Part shown: positions 12,401-23,090 of the stretch, piece by piece
Layout of the letters: the number at the start of each line of letters is the position of its first letter
Position numbering within the stretch: the stretch's first letter is position 1
Origin: Antedon mediterranea
Lineage: Eukaryota > Animalia > Echinodermata
Reading direction: 5' to 3'
Length of the DNA stretch: 64,000 nucleotides
NCBI RefSeq assembly: GCF_964355755.1
Contig: NC_092677.1
Span: forward strand, 1,572,101 to 1,636,100
Position numbers and translations under genes: made by a program
Notes under the pieces: generated by a model
Databases searched by the model: none
Told to the model about the DNA's origin: nothing
What the model saw: the letters and a program-made list of their open reading frames with translations, nothing else

Positions 12401-14274
12401 GTTCCTGTACAGCATACACGTGTACCTGTTCATCATGTTTTACTGGAATATTCTGTGAAACTGGTAAGTTCTATGTTTTTTCTGCTTTTCTTTATCAAAA
12501 TTCAAATATGTATTTTACAGTCTATAGTTTTCTGAAAACTGTAATGTTCTCTTTTGTATAATATTCACTATCAGCGTCTGATGCTTGCGACGCAAGTTCT
12601 ATGTTTGTCTGCTTGTCAGCCCGTGCCGACTGAATCTGCCCTATAATATTCCAGTATAAATGTAACTAGAATGCATTCATTTTTTATTATCAGGGATAAA
12701 TGCTTGCTCCAACAACCTTTGTCAGAATGGAGCTGCATGTAACACTGTTTCTGGTTCCTGTACAGCATACACATGTACCTGTCCATCAAGCTTTACTGGA
12801 TCGTTCTGTGAAACCGGTAAGGTCTATGTTTGTCTGCTTGTCTTTAGGATGTGGCGCTCAGGGCATAAAAGTAGTGCAATGAAGTAATAATAATAATTTG
12901 ATGTCCTTTCTTGTCATTACAATCTGTGAAATTTAGAGGGCCGGCTGAACCCGCCCTATAATTGTCCAGTATAAAAGCATTTTGTAATTGCTAAATGCAT
13001 ATGTAGGCCTACAGTATGTTGACTTAATTGCTCATAATAGTTAGGCATACTGATCAAAATTATAAGTCAGATCTACTAGATTAAATAATTAATTTAATAT
13101 TTGTAATATTCTATTTTAGTTATATTCAGTATATGTACTGGTGTGTGGTTGAAGGTTCTGAAACGAGAATGATAATGTAACTACAGTCCTACAACTGGTA
13201 GCACCATTATCATAACATGAATACGCATAATTTTGTTGAACAATAACCTTTTGGTCTTTTTTTATATTTTATGTAGCATTGGCAACAACTTCTCCAACCA
13301 GTAAGTCGACTACACATACGTTGTATTTTTATTTTATTTTCCTCTAGTAAATATTATACAAATAATGAATGAATGTTTATGAGTGTAATGGTACAAATAA
13401 TGGCATGATGTGAATGATGAAAGGTTATAATATATCAACGAGGCGACAGCCTCAAACATTCATTATATGTTTTATATAACATCTATATAGATTCCTGTCA
13501 TTTGAATCAAATAAAAATTGATTCACATTGATTAAAACAGTAACATTTGGTTTTTAATAATTATATTAAATATTATTATTTATATGGATTTTATAAACCT
13601 ACTGTTAGTGTACTGAAACGCCTAGGCCAGGCCTACTACTACTACAGTAAACAATGGAACACAGGAAAGAACTGAAAGGTTTATCATGAATACGCATGAC
13701 TTTGTTGAATAATAATATTTTGTTTATCTTTTTTATATTTTATCTAGCATTGGCAATGACTTCTTCAACCAGTAAGTCGAGATTGTACTTTTATTTTCCT
13801 CTAGTAAATATAATGCAATATGTTGTAGAGTGCTTTTATTGTTTCTCTCAATAGTATTCGAACTCGAGCGTATATGTAGTTTAATAAATGGTCGTACAGA
13901 TAATAACCAAATGAATTCACTTTAGCATTAAATGTATGCAGCTTGAATTGTTTGAATGGAGGAAGGTGTACTAACAATGACGATGGTGATGAAATGTGCC
14001 AATGTCAGAACGGATTCTCGGGAGAAACTTGCCGCACAGGTAGGCCCTATGCAAATATGATTAATGTACCGAAGAAATCTATGTGTTGTATGTTGCATAG
14101 GCTTATTATAGAAACTATTGTTGTGAACAAAAAAAGTTTGTAGACACGAGTAGATAATGTTTAGTTTACACGGCTCCACAGCTTTTGCAGATCACCCGAA
14201 TTTGTAATGCGTTATTTTCTAATTTTACAGTAATTGTACATTGCAAGTGCTACGAAGGGTTAACGAAAAAGTAA
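6430..14274 (+). CDS. Gene A1: predicted secreted V-Ig + 15 EGF-like protein (~774 aa), apparently intact, 20 exons
   Basis: Exons: leader 6430-6478 (MFPENKDICLVSILLQ); V 8501-8860; EGF 9055-9174, 9408-9530, 9646-9768, 10000-10119, 10235-10357, 10467-10589, 10819-10938, 11054-11176, 11286-11408, 11638-11757, 11873-11995, 12110-12232, 12341-12463, 12694-12816; S/T micro-exons 13277-13300, 13748-13771; EGF 13926-14039; terminal 14231-14274 (VIVHCKCYEGLTKK*). All AG/GT, phase 1, no stops; no TM exon seen. Confidence 0.8.
7172..7243 (+). pseudogene. Degenerate tRNA-Val(AAC)-derived copy
   Basis: GGCGTAGTGGTTATCACG...TTAACTCGCAGAAGGTACCTGGTTCGATCCCGGACGAAACC followed by a T-run; stems mismatched. 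Confidence 0.55.
7456..7527 (+). tRNA. tRNA-Val(AAC)-like gene, probably a pseudogene
   Basis: Acceptor stem GGTTTCG/CGAAACC; anticodon arm TCTGC-TTAACAC-GCAGA; A box TAGTGTAGTGG; B box GGTTCGAGCC; D and T stems imperfect. Confidence 0.6.
7678..7749 (+). pseudogene. Degenerate tRNA-Val(AAC)-derived copy
   Basis: Duplicate of 7172-7243 including the upstream flank (GAAGCCACAATGTGTGACACACACCACAGCG). Confidence 0.55.
8501..8860 (+). CDS. A1 V-set Ig domain exon
   Basis: 360 nt; TRMTC...IVTWNK...RF...LVISN...DSGTYQCEV; starts with the end of the signal peptide VLFCICYG. Confidence 0.9.
9055..12816 (+). repeat. Tandem array of 14 single-EGF exons plus introns, with an 819-bp higher-order unit
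   Basis: Equivalent exons start at 10000, 10819, 11638 (period 819); introns are almost identical between units. Confidence 0.9.
13119..13221 (+). pseudogene. Relic fragment of a B-type V exon inside an A1 intron (paralog ~47120-47218)
   Basis: GAAGGTTCTGAAACGAGAATGATAATGTAACTACAGTCCTACAACTGGTAGCACCATTATCATAACATG matches 18110-18177 and 52298-52366. Confidence 0.75.
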
Positions 14275-14794
14275 ACGAAAACTTAGAAGACACTATATCG
14301 ACTTTCATCACTGAGAAACAAAACACATAAAAATAGAGAGGTTGTAACCTTACAATTATAAAAAGCTTATGTATTGTTGGCGTTGGTTTATAAATATGCA
14401 TATTAATTTACATATTAATATACTAGTTTTAATTTCAATTATTAAATTGTGACCCCCATTTAAAATTGCCAATGGCCAACCATATAGTGTAGGGAGTAGC
14501 AACATAAGTGTAAAATAGTATAATGTAACAACAATTGATAATAATAAGCAACAATGTAGTTTAGCAAGATTTACCAATCGATTGGTGTTTGGGTATTTTA
14601 TTTTATTTCAGCTATCAGCAAGTAAGTTTGCCTAAAGGTAACCATCACAAGTTTGAAAATTACAACCACGATGAAGAAAACTATGTATAGTATAATGTTT
14701 AACTCCGATTGTGAATAGAGGAGACTAAATTGTGTATAAATGGTACTCTGAACTGGAGATGATGTATCTGTTTCTAACTTTAAATATGATGCAG

Positions 14795-15225
14795 GTGTTC
14801 TCTCCATGGTTAAATGTGTTCTCTCCATGGTTAAATGTGTTCTCTCCATGGTTAAATGTGTTCTCTCCATGGTTAAACGTGTTGTCTCCGTGGTTAAACG
14901 TGTTCTCTCCATGGTTAAACGTGTTGTCTCCGTGGTTAAACGTGTTCTCTCCATGGTTAAACGTGTTCTCTCCGTGGTTAAACGTGTTCTCTCCATGGTT
15001 AAACGTGTTCTCTCCGTGGTTAAACGTATTCTCTCCATGATTAAACGTCTTCTCTCCATTGTTAAACGTGTTCTCTCCATGGTTAAACGTGTTCTCTCCA
15101 TTGTTAAACATGTTCTCTCCATGATTAAACGTCTTCTCTTCATTGTTAAACGTCTTCTCTTCATTGTTAAACGTGTTCTCTCCATGGTTAAACGTGTTCT
15201 CTCCATTGTTAAACGTGTTCTCTCC
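14795..15225. repeat. 21-bp minisatellite (~20 copies)
   Basis: Unit GTGTTCTCTCCATGGTTAAAC; gives 7-aa periodic ORFs in several frames; absent from the paralogous position ~48866. Confidence 0.95.
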
Positions 15226-16433
15226 CAATCCGACCACTCTCTTTATAAAGAATACATTATTTCATCTCAGTCCCCAACCCCATCCAACAGCAAACAAAAA
15301 TCAAACTATTTGTTTTAAATATTTGTCGTGTTTAATCTGAGACACACGCCCGTTGCCACATACGTTGGGAATCCTATTTGCATAACAACACACGCCATAC
15401 CAAGCCGTCTCGTACAACTTCGATGACATATTAATTATCTTCTAAACACGTAACGAATTACTAATTCTCCCATCTAAAAGTATCCGTCAACCTAGTAAGT
15501 TAGTCGTACTAAATAACAAGTATTTTGTCCCTCAATCTATTGCCACTTATAATAAACATTTCTCACGATAATTTGCATACTCATGGAAAGAACACCTGTA
15601 TCATAATAGGAAATATTAAATGAAATAGTTTTTATTTTATAATATAGTGAATCAACAGAGATTTTCTGATTTTTATTTGTATAATAAATTATTATACCAA
15701 TAAAAGATGAATGAATGCCGTTGTAATGAACAAGAAACGCGCTAAGCACATATCAAAAGTAATATTTGGGTTGAGGGAAAATTAATATTAAGTTATCGTA
15801 TTATTGGATAAAATTCTAAAGCCGCACTGTAGTCTGTGACAATAATCAAACATAAAAAAAACCGTTGTATTAAATATAAAATAGGTGTAAACAAAATCTG
15901 TGAACTTGTTTTAATGTTATACGTGCTCACTCTCATACTGATTCTGTATTCCAGCAATCGAGTACCGGTATAGCAAGAAACCAAAATGTGTTGCAGTGGC
16001 GTCGTCAAGGACTGGGGGCCGTCGGGTGCCAACAACCCCCACGTAAATCCAATGTCACTTCTATCATAATTTAGCCTAGACAGTCATTTTATTAGACCTA
16101 CTGAGGAAAAATTCAGTCTGATTTCCGCCTCTACTTTTCTACAATATGCTTGCTTGCGATGTTCTAATTCAGAAAGGAAAGAGGGTCCAGTCTTAGCTAA
16201 ACATATTAACAATGAATTTTCGGATTACTACTCAAATTAATCATTAATATTCCCAAATAATTTATCAAATTAAATCAAAGCCTAATATCCAGATAAAAAA
16301 AACACTTTGTTATTTCATTATTTAGCTAATTACCCGCTGCTGCTTTATAATAATAAAATCACCGGATCATTTTTTTTCCACCAATAATGTCAACAAATCT
16401 TGCTAGAAAACTTTTAAAGGGTACCGATTCGGA

Positions 16434-16720
16434 AAACTTGACCAAGGACCATATTTTAACAACGTATTAGGTATGTAGGCCTACATATGATTTCAGAACA
16501 ATCACGAGATTACTAGAAATGTTCACGATTTGCCAGACTTTGCTAGAAAACTCATGACGTAAATTTTGCGATGCACCTGTGACGTCACAGCAATTAACGG
16601 CGACGGTTGTACGGCGAGCGCGTACGGCGATATCCTTAATCTCGAGATGGTTCTGAAATCATATGTACATCCCTAATACGTGTTGAAATATGGTCCTCTG
16701 CGGTCAAGTTGTCCTTTAAA
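16434..16720. mobile_element. Non-autonomous TIR element (paralog ~49788-50040)
   Basis: AACTTGACCAAGGACCATATTTTAACAACGTATTAGG... is inverted at ...CCTAATACGTGTTGAAATATGGTCCTCTGCGGTCAAGTTGTCCTTTAA; TTAA-AGG type end. Confidence 0.55.
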
Positions 16721-17488
16721 GAGTTTTAGAAAAGTAAGATTTCTTTCCTTCAAATTGTTATCAACCATTATATAATTGATCATGTTTGAAAGTATCTTTT
16801 TACTCCATATTGAAGCCCATTTTAATTAAATAATTGTGTATATATTTCGACATAACGGCATCAACAATACCAGGTAATATTGAGGTTTATATTTGCCACG
16901 ACCGAAATACGTCATGTTAATTCATTCATTGTGCAAACACTTCCTGATTTTAACAGCATGCGATCAACAGTTATGTTTTGTGTGTTGTTTTGAAGTCGAG
17001 TCGATGAATATTAATAATGTTTATTGTATTAGTCCGTTGAGTAAACGCGACGACCCAGATAGACAAAATACTTTGGACTTCTCAGAGTGATTTTTTTCTT
17101 GGGCTTATCCAATGCTGGTGTTTAACCACAGTGCAGTTACAGCCACCTAACTCATGCAGTAAGGTAATTGACGGTTTCTATAATAAAGACCGATTATATA
17201 GGCTAGGTTTACCCAGAGAATAACTCTTCCCTGGTTTACTATTTCCTAAATTATATTACAAACATAATCGTGTTTGTATGTTTCAAATTAATATACATCG
17301 ATGAAAGATCAAAGAATTATAAGACCTATTCATGTTGAGGCTTAGTTATTATATCCGTGGCATTATGCTGCATTCAGTTGTTGAACGTTGGTGATAGGTA
17401 ACTAACTTAAACCTGGATCTATAAAAACACATTATAATTAGTTTGGTGAGAAAACACACTTACGAATATTATGTTGGGTTTTATTGTT

Positions 17489-17635
17489 AAGCTCTGTTTA
17501 CACTATCAAACTTTATATGTCAAAACAATGTGATATGCCCATATGAACATGATGATGTCATATCACTACCATATTTGTTGGGCATATCACCATCATATTT
17601 GTCAAACTAGTTTGATAGTGTTTTAGACAGAGCTT
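17489..17635. mobile_element. ~147-bp MITE
   Basis: TIR AAGCTCTGTTTACACTATCAAACT / AGTTTGATAGTGT..AGACAGAGCTT; paralog 50693-50839. Confidence 0.7.
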
Positions 17636-17797
17636 TAGATAACATGATAAAACCAGTGTATGTCACAGGTACAAAGTAATTTATGTTGTATGTTGCCGTT
17701 TAGGCGTGGGGAGTATAATACGTGTTCATTATTCATTTATTTTTTATTCCAATTTATAGGATGTGTATTTTCAATAGCCTGCCTACAGTATAACAGT

Positions 17798-20700
17798 ATG
17801 TTTACAAAAATAAATGTGTGTTTCATCCTTATTAACGGTACGTTTATTGATGGAGCTACAATATAAACTTGTTCAATGGTTTAAGTAGAATAACATTTCG
17901 AAATACAGGTATATATTTCTTGATTGACAATAGTGGGTTGATTAGTAATAGTTACTGATTTTCATAACTAGACGTAAAGTAAGAGCTTATTAAAATGTGC
18001 ACAATAAATTATTTAAATAATTAAAAATTGATTAATAATTTTCTCCTAGTTTTATTTAGCACATGTACTGGTGTTACTGTAACTATTGACAGCTTGGGAG
18101 ATGTGATTGAAGGATCTGAAACGAAAACGATATGTAACTACAGTCCTACAACTGGTAGCACTGTTATCATATCATGGCGAAATGTCACAGGAGGGGCATC
18201 TGAATCTATAGCAACAACTATTGGGGGTGGAACTAAAACAGTGCAGCCTGCCTACAGTTCTATTTTTAGTCTCGATCCAAATGATGATAGACTTCTTGTG
18301 ATTGCTAACACGTTACGTAGTTACAGAGGTGATTATGAATGTGAGGTTAATAATCTTGATAATCCTCCAATTGACACGGATGTAGTTACTCTGAATGTTA
18401 TATGTAAGTTCATTTTATTGTGCAGGAACTATAATTATCTATCTTGTGAAATTCAGAAAATTATAAATAGGCATATTAACTGTATTTTGATTACTTTTAT
18501 TGTTTCTTAAAATATATAAAATATAAGCTTCTAATTAAAAGTGAAATGATTAGGCCTAATAGTTTACTTTTTTGTGGTTTAGTTTACGATTGTGGCTATT
18601 AATCCCCTATTAATACGTAATGACTTATGTTGTTAGTTACTTGATATTTTTAGCATATTTAGTTACTTAGTACAACACTAGATATCATCTTTAATCAAAT
18701 GTATGGGGTAGAACCGTTATGTCATCATTTGAGTATCTCATTCTTGACTTACAGATATAGAGGACCCAGTATTAAGTTTTACTACACCTATGAATGAGGG
18801 TGATCCAGTAGCATTGTCATGTGATGTTGTTTCTAAACCAAATTCTCAGTTAACATTTAAGAAGGATGGATCCATTTTACAGGTAGGAGGCTTGTCTACT
18901 TATAACCTCACCGCGGATCGGAACGATCAAGGGAGTTATACATGTGAGGCAAGTAACAGTGCTGGTACTAAAGCCACTGGTGTACAGGTTCTAGAGGTGT
19001 ATTGTAAGTATGCGCCTCTATATCATTCAGATTTAACTAAAATCCTAAAGAACCATTTCTGCATTAAACTTTGTTTAAATTCTAATATAACTGTAATCTG
19101 GATTCTAATTTAACTGTAATCTATATATTATAATATAACTGTAATCTGGATTCTAATTTAACTGTAATCTATATATTATAATATAACTGTAATCTGGATT
19201 CTAATTTAACTGTAATCTATATATTATAATATAACTGTAATCTGGATTCTAATTTAACTGTAATCTATATATTATAATATAACTGTAATCTGGATTCTAA
19301 TTTAACTGTAATCTATATATTATAATATAACTGTAATCTGGATTCTAATTTAACTGTAATCTATATATTATAATCTGTAATCTATAGATTGTAATTTAAA
19401 TGTAATCTAGATTCCAATGTAACTGTTAATTGTATTAGTTTTGAATGTGTACTGTATTATCAAACTATAAAGATATAATGTGTGATGGAGGTGTGCTTGG
19501 GGTAAAAACAGCAATTTACCAAAAATAATAATTAAAGATTTTTTTTTCTAAAAACACAAACTCGAAAAATTATTCGCCATAAATATTTTTTAAAGATTTT
19601 TTTTTATAAATAAATATGCATTTCCAACAATAATTATTTAACGTTTAAATTAGTCGCTCCTGAAATTACACCACTAGAAGACATTGAAGTTTCCCGAGGA
19701 GAAACTGTTGTGATAAGCTTTGTCGTAGAGGCCAGACCAACTGCTAACTATGAATGGTTATCACAAGGAGCAACTGACATTGATAACGACCCAGAAACAT
19801 TCACATTTGTTGCTTCAAACATCATTGGTGATGTGTATACTGTGACGTTGAATGCAAGTAATGAGGTGGCAGCAAGACAGAGTTCAGTACAAGTCACTGT
19901 TGTAGGTAAGATAAGGTATAACTGGTCTCTCAACAATGTATTCAAATACAAAAGTAATGTTTAAATTCAAATCAAATCTATATTTATTTTCATACAACAA
20001 CGACTTTAATAATTATGATATAAGATTTTGTAATAAAACTTCATATTCCTCAATAAAAGTACCTTATTTCAACCATGGAGGAAATCTGTTCACTTTTAAC
20101 GTAACATTAGATTTACTAGACCTAAGAAATGGAACTCACTTCCTAAAAACATCACAGATTTATCTACCAAACGCATTTGTATTTTAAAAAGATTGTCTAT
20201 TTAAACTATAATGTTGGAAACGAATGACAATAAAGAACAGATTTTATTTATTTTTTTAGATTTAGTTTAGGCCTATTTTGTAGTGACGTTTGTGATGTAC
20301 TTTTAGAAAACTGTGCTTCATTCACTATTTAGCAACTTTAATTTCGATATGAGATATGTTTTTAAAAAAATACAAATACTTGGGGAGGTATTAATAGCGA
20401 TGTTAAATGTAGGTTATCCGTTAAAAGCGATAGTTTTGTTACGTTGCCTGTTTCTATAATCAAGTATCCTTTTTTTTTTCAGAAAAGAATACACAAACTG
20501 TAAAAGTAGAACCTGATACAATTAAAGTTGGTGAAAACGCAACGATGACGTGTAACTATACAGTTGATTTAGGAGATTCATTGCATCAACTTGACTGGTA
20601 TAGAGCCGATGGTGACGGCAATCAAGTAGGCAATGTTCTAGTGTCTAAAACAAGAAAAACGGTAAATGGTCGTTATATATTGTCTACCGATAATGATCTT

Positions 20701-22042
20701 ATAATAACCAATGTTGAAGTAAATGATGACGGTAACTATCTGTGCAGAATTGAAACAGTTCTAGGACTATATGCCAGTGACAACAATACACTTACAGTAC
20801 AATGTAAGTACTTCAAAATTCGTCAGCTACTAAAACCTCCATATCCGTCAATTGTTTAGGCCCATATTCATGGATTGCCAAGTGAGACAGTCAATGCGTG
20901 TCACAGTACAAACACAAGATGCTCTTATCTGTTGTACAATGTATTAAAAAGTGGAGTTTAAAATGTTGTGAGCAAAATCTTGACATCTGAAAGGATATAA
21001 ACACAGATTTGTGTATGCACAATTGACTATTGTATACTACTGGGTACTACTTGGGTGCTTAGCGTCAAATAATGTACGCTAATTAGACGAATAGTTTAAA
21101 CACAAAAACCATATATTTTTAGACGAATAAGCCGAATTCTATTGACTGTACTAAAATTGTGGTATAAATTTCATTTTGAATTACAGACCTAGAAGAACCT
21201 GTTCTAAATCCAACCGATATATTCGTCAAGAAAACAAAAACGGCAACTTTCACATGTAATTTGCCGTCTGGTATTCCAACACCAATTAACATGACGTGGT
21301 TAAAATATTGCGACATATTAGATGTGTCTGATACAGATAAATATCCGCAATCTAGTACGACATTAATAATTAGTAATGTAAATGAAATAGATGAAGGGAT
21401 TTATAAGTGTAGAGCTGAGAATGCTGCATACAGCGGAACGGAAGGACAACTTAGCAATACAGGTAAACTCTGTAAGTACAAAATGAAAGTTATCTATTAG
21501 TAATAATAGAACGAGACAATAAGCGAAGGAAATATGAAAGCGAGATAACTTGATTGGTGTTTAGTGGTGTTAGAATTGAGCTAATTTTGAGCTTTCGAAT
21601 TGCGAAGACCGAGCCCTGTAATAGGACCAACAAAATAGACATGCCAATGTTAATTCCTTGTGCGCGGTGCTACACAAGTTTTTGTTTCTAGATCAAATTA
21701 GCCAAATCAATGCGTAGATCGTATTTCTATTTGTAAATTTATATTTTAAGTTAAGGGTGCTACAGATCAAAAACCTTTGCTTGTTTGTGGTTATCCTGTT
21801 TTTCACACTTTTATTTTTACTTTGTTTAATATTATTATATGGTTATGAAATTTTGTGTGAAAAACAAAGAATACTCAGACTGATCTGATGTAATGAAAAC
21901 CACTGAATTTTCTTTCTTAGTTTTAAGCAGAGAAGATGAACATAAGCACTCAACTGGACTTGTTGTTGGAATGACGTTTGTCGGTGTGTTTATTGGCTGT
22001 ATGTTAAGTCTGCTTACATTCTTCGTTATCAAAAAACTATGA
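17798..22042 (+). CDS. Gene B1: 5-Ig-domain type I membrane protein truncated just after the TM (~540 aa)
   Basis: Exons: leader 17798-17837 (MFTKINVCFILIN); V 18050-18403; I 18755-19003; Cys-less Ig-like 19654-19905; V 20483-20803; I 21187-21471; TM 21921-22051 with TGA 22040-22042 (IKKL*; AGG Arg in B2). Downstream tail exons 22169-22198 and 22986-23090 remain open. Confidence 0.75.
19084..19375. repeat. 48-bp intronic minisatellite (~6 copies)
   Basis: Unit AATATAACTGTAATCTGGATTCTAATTTAACTGTAATCTATATATTAT; unexpanded in B2 (~53250-53330). Confidence 0.9.
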
Positions 22043-22985
22043 CCGGCAAAGGTACAAACAAGTTGAGATTAATTTATTTTACACTTTTTAATGTCTAACC
22101 ATCACATTTATTTTATAGTAATTATGTGTGAGTCGCATTTTATAACAGTGTTCATTTGTTTGTTTAAGGTATCTTCAACAAGTGACAACCAATCTGGGGT
22201 AAGGAAAGAGCAAGTGATTGTTTCCATAATTCTTAAAATCACGCTTTAATATCTCATGTTTACCGTGAAATACATCATATTTTAATCTTTCTCTTTATAT
22301 CAAATTACTATAACAACAATAGGAAACAATTACACACTTCATTGATATGTAATGATTGGATATCATTTGTAATTTAATTTACCTTTTATTTTGCTGGTAC
22401 AACAATTCGCAATGCGTGATTTATTTGTAATCGTAATCCATAATGGTATATGCAAATATTCCATGTAAGTCAGGATGTGAATTGGTAGTTTGAATAAATA
22501 AATAACATAATGTCGTCTGCGCATGCCTAGTAGCATTATATATATTATTTGAAGGTTTTTTTTCACTCCTGAGGACGATCAAAGCACATTGATCGAAACG
22601 TGGAAAACTCAACAGTTCTTTTCAGAACTAATATACGTGGTGTACCGCAACATTTATATCAACATTATATATATTATAGTAATGCTATTTTTAAATATCA
22701 ATTAAAATATCGTATAAAATAAAAATAGGAAGCCCATGAAAGAGAAAACAAAGGCATTATCGTTAGAATCGATGTCAGCTTTCAATCACACTCATTATTA
22801 GACCAAGCAGCACTACCATTTATAAAAAAAGACCTTATAAAATATTATTAACGTCATAATCGACACCTTATCGTCATCGATGCAATAAATATAAACCTAA
22901 TGTGAAAACCGTTTAACAATCAGCGCAAAGCAATCAATATTATTTTCTTCCTCAAATTGTTATAATACATGTTATTTTATCCTAG

Positions 22986-23090
22986 GAATACACAACTTAT
23001 ATTGGTGAGATGAATCAAGGTACCAGTCACACGTACGAAGAGTTGCAGAAAAAGGATAAAAATCAAGTATACGAGAATGTAAAAGCTTAG
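22986..23090 (+). CDS. B1 cytoplasmic tail exon with ITAM-like motif (downstream of the premature stop)
   Basis: EYTTYIGEMNQGTSHTYEELQKKDKNQVYENVKA*; only 2 aa differ from B2. Confidence 0.6.
   Translation, partial: EYTTYIGEMNQGTSHTYEELQKKDKNQVYENVKA

Noticed and set aside
9055-12816. CRISPR-like or other repeat-spacer array
   Set aside because: Repeats are coding exons with splice sites and the 'spacers' are homologous introns; eukaryotic context, no cas genes
9414-12882. Recurring MLAPTTFVRMEL... ORFs
   Set aside because: Shifted-frame readings of the EGF exons running into introns
6430-14274. Naming A1 as Notch/Delta/fibropellin/neuregulin
   Set aside because: No DSL, LNR, ankyrin, CUB or avidin domain and no Ca-binding EGF consensus; only generic EGF similarity, so no gene symbol assigned
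14598-15340. Several overlapping 7-aa-repeat ORFs on both strands
   Set aside because: Open in nearly all frames because of the 21-bp minisatellite; absent in the paralog
17332-17397. Alternative leader exon for B1 (MLRLSYY...)
   Set aside because: Wrong phase and in-frame stops in both paralogs; 17798-17837 fits phase 1 and gives a proper signal peptide
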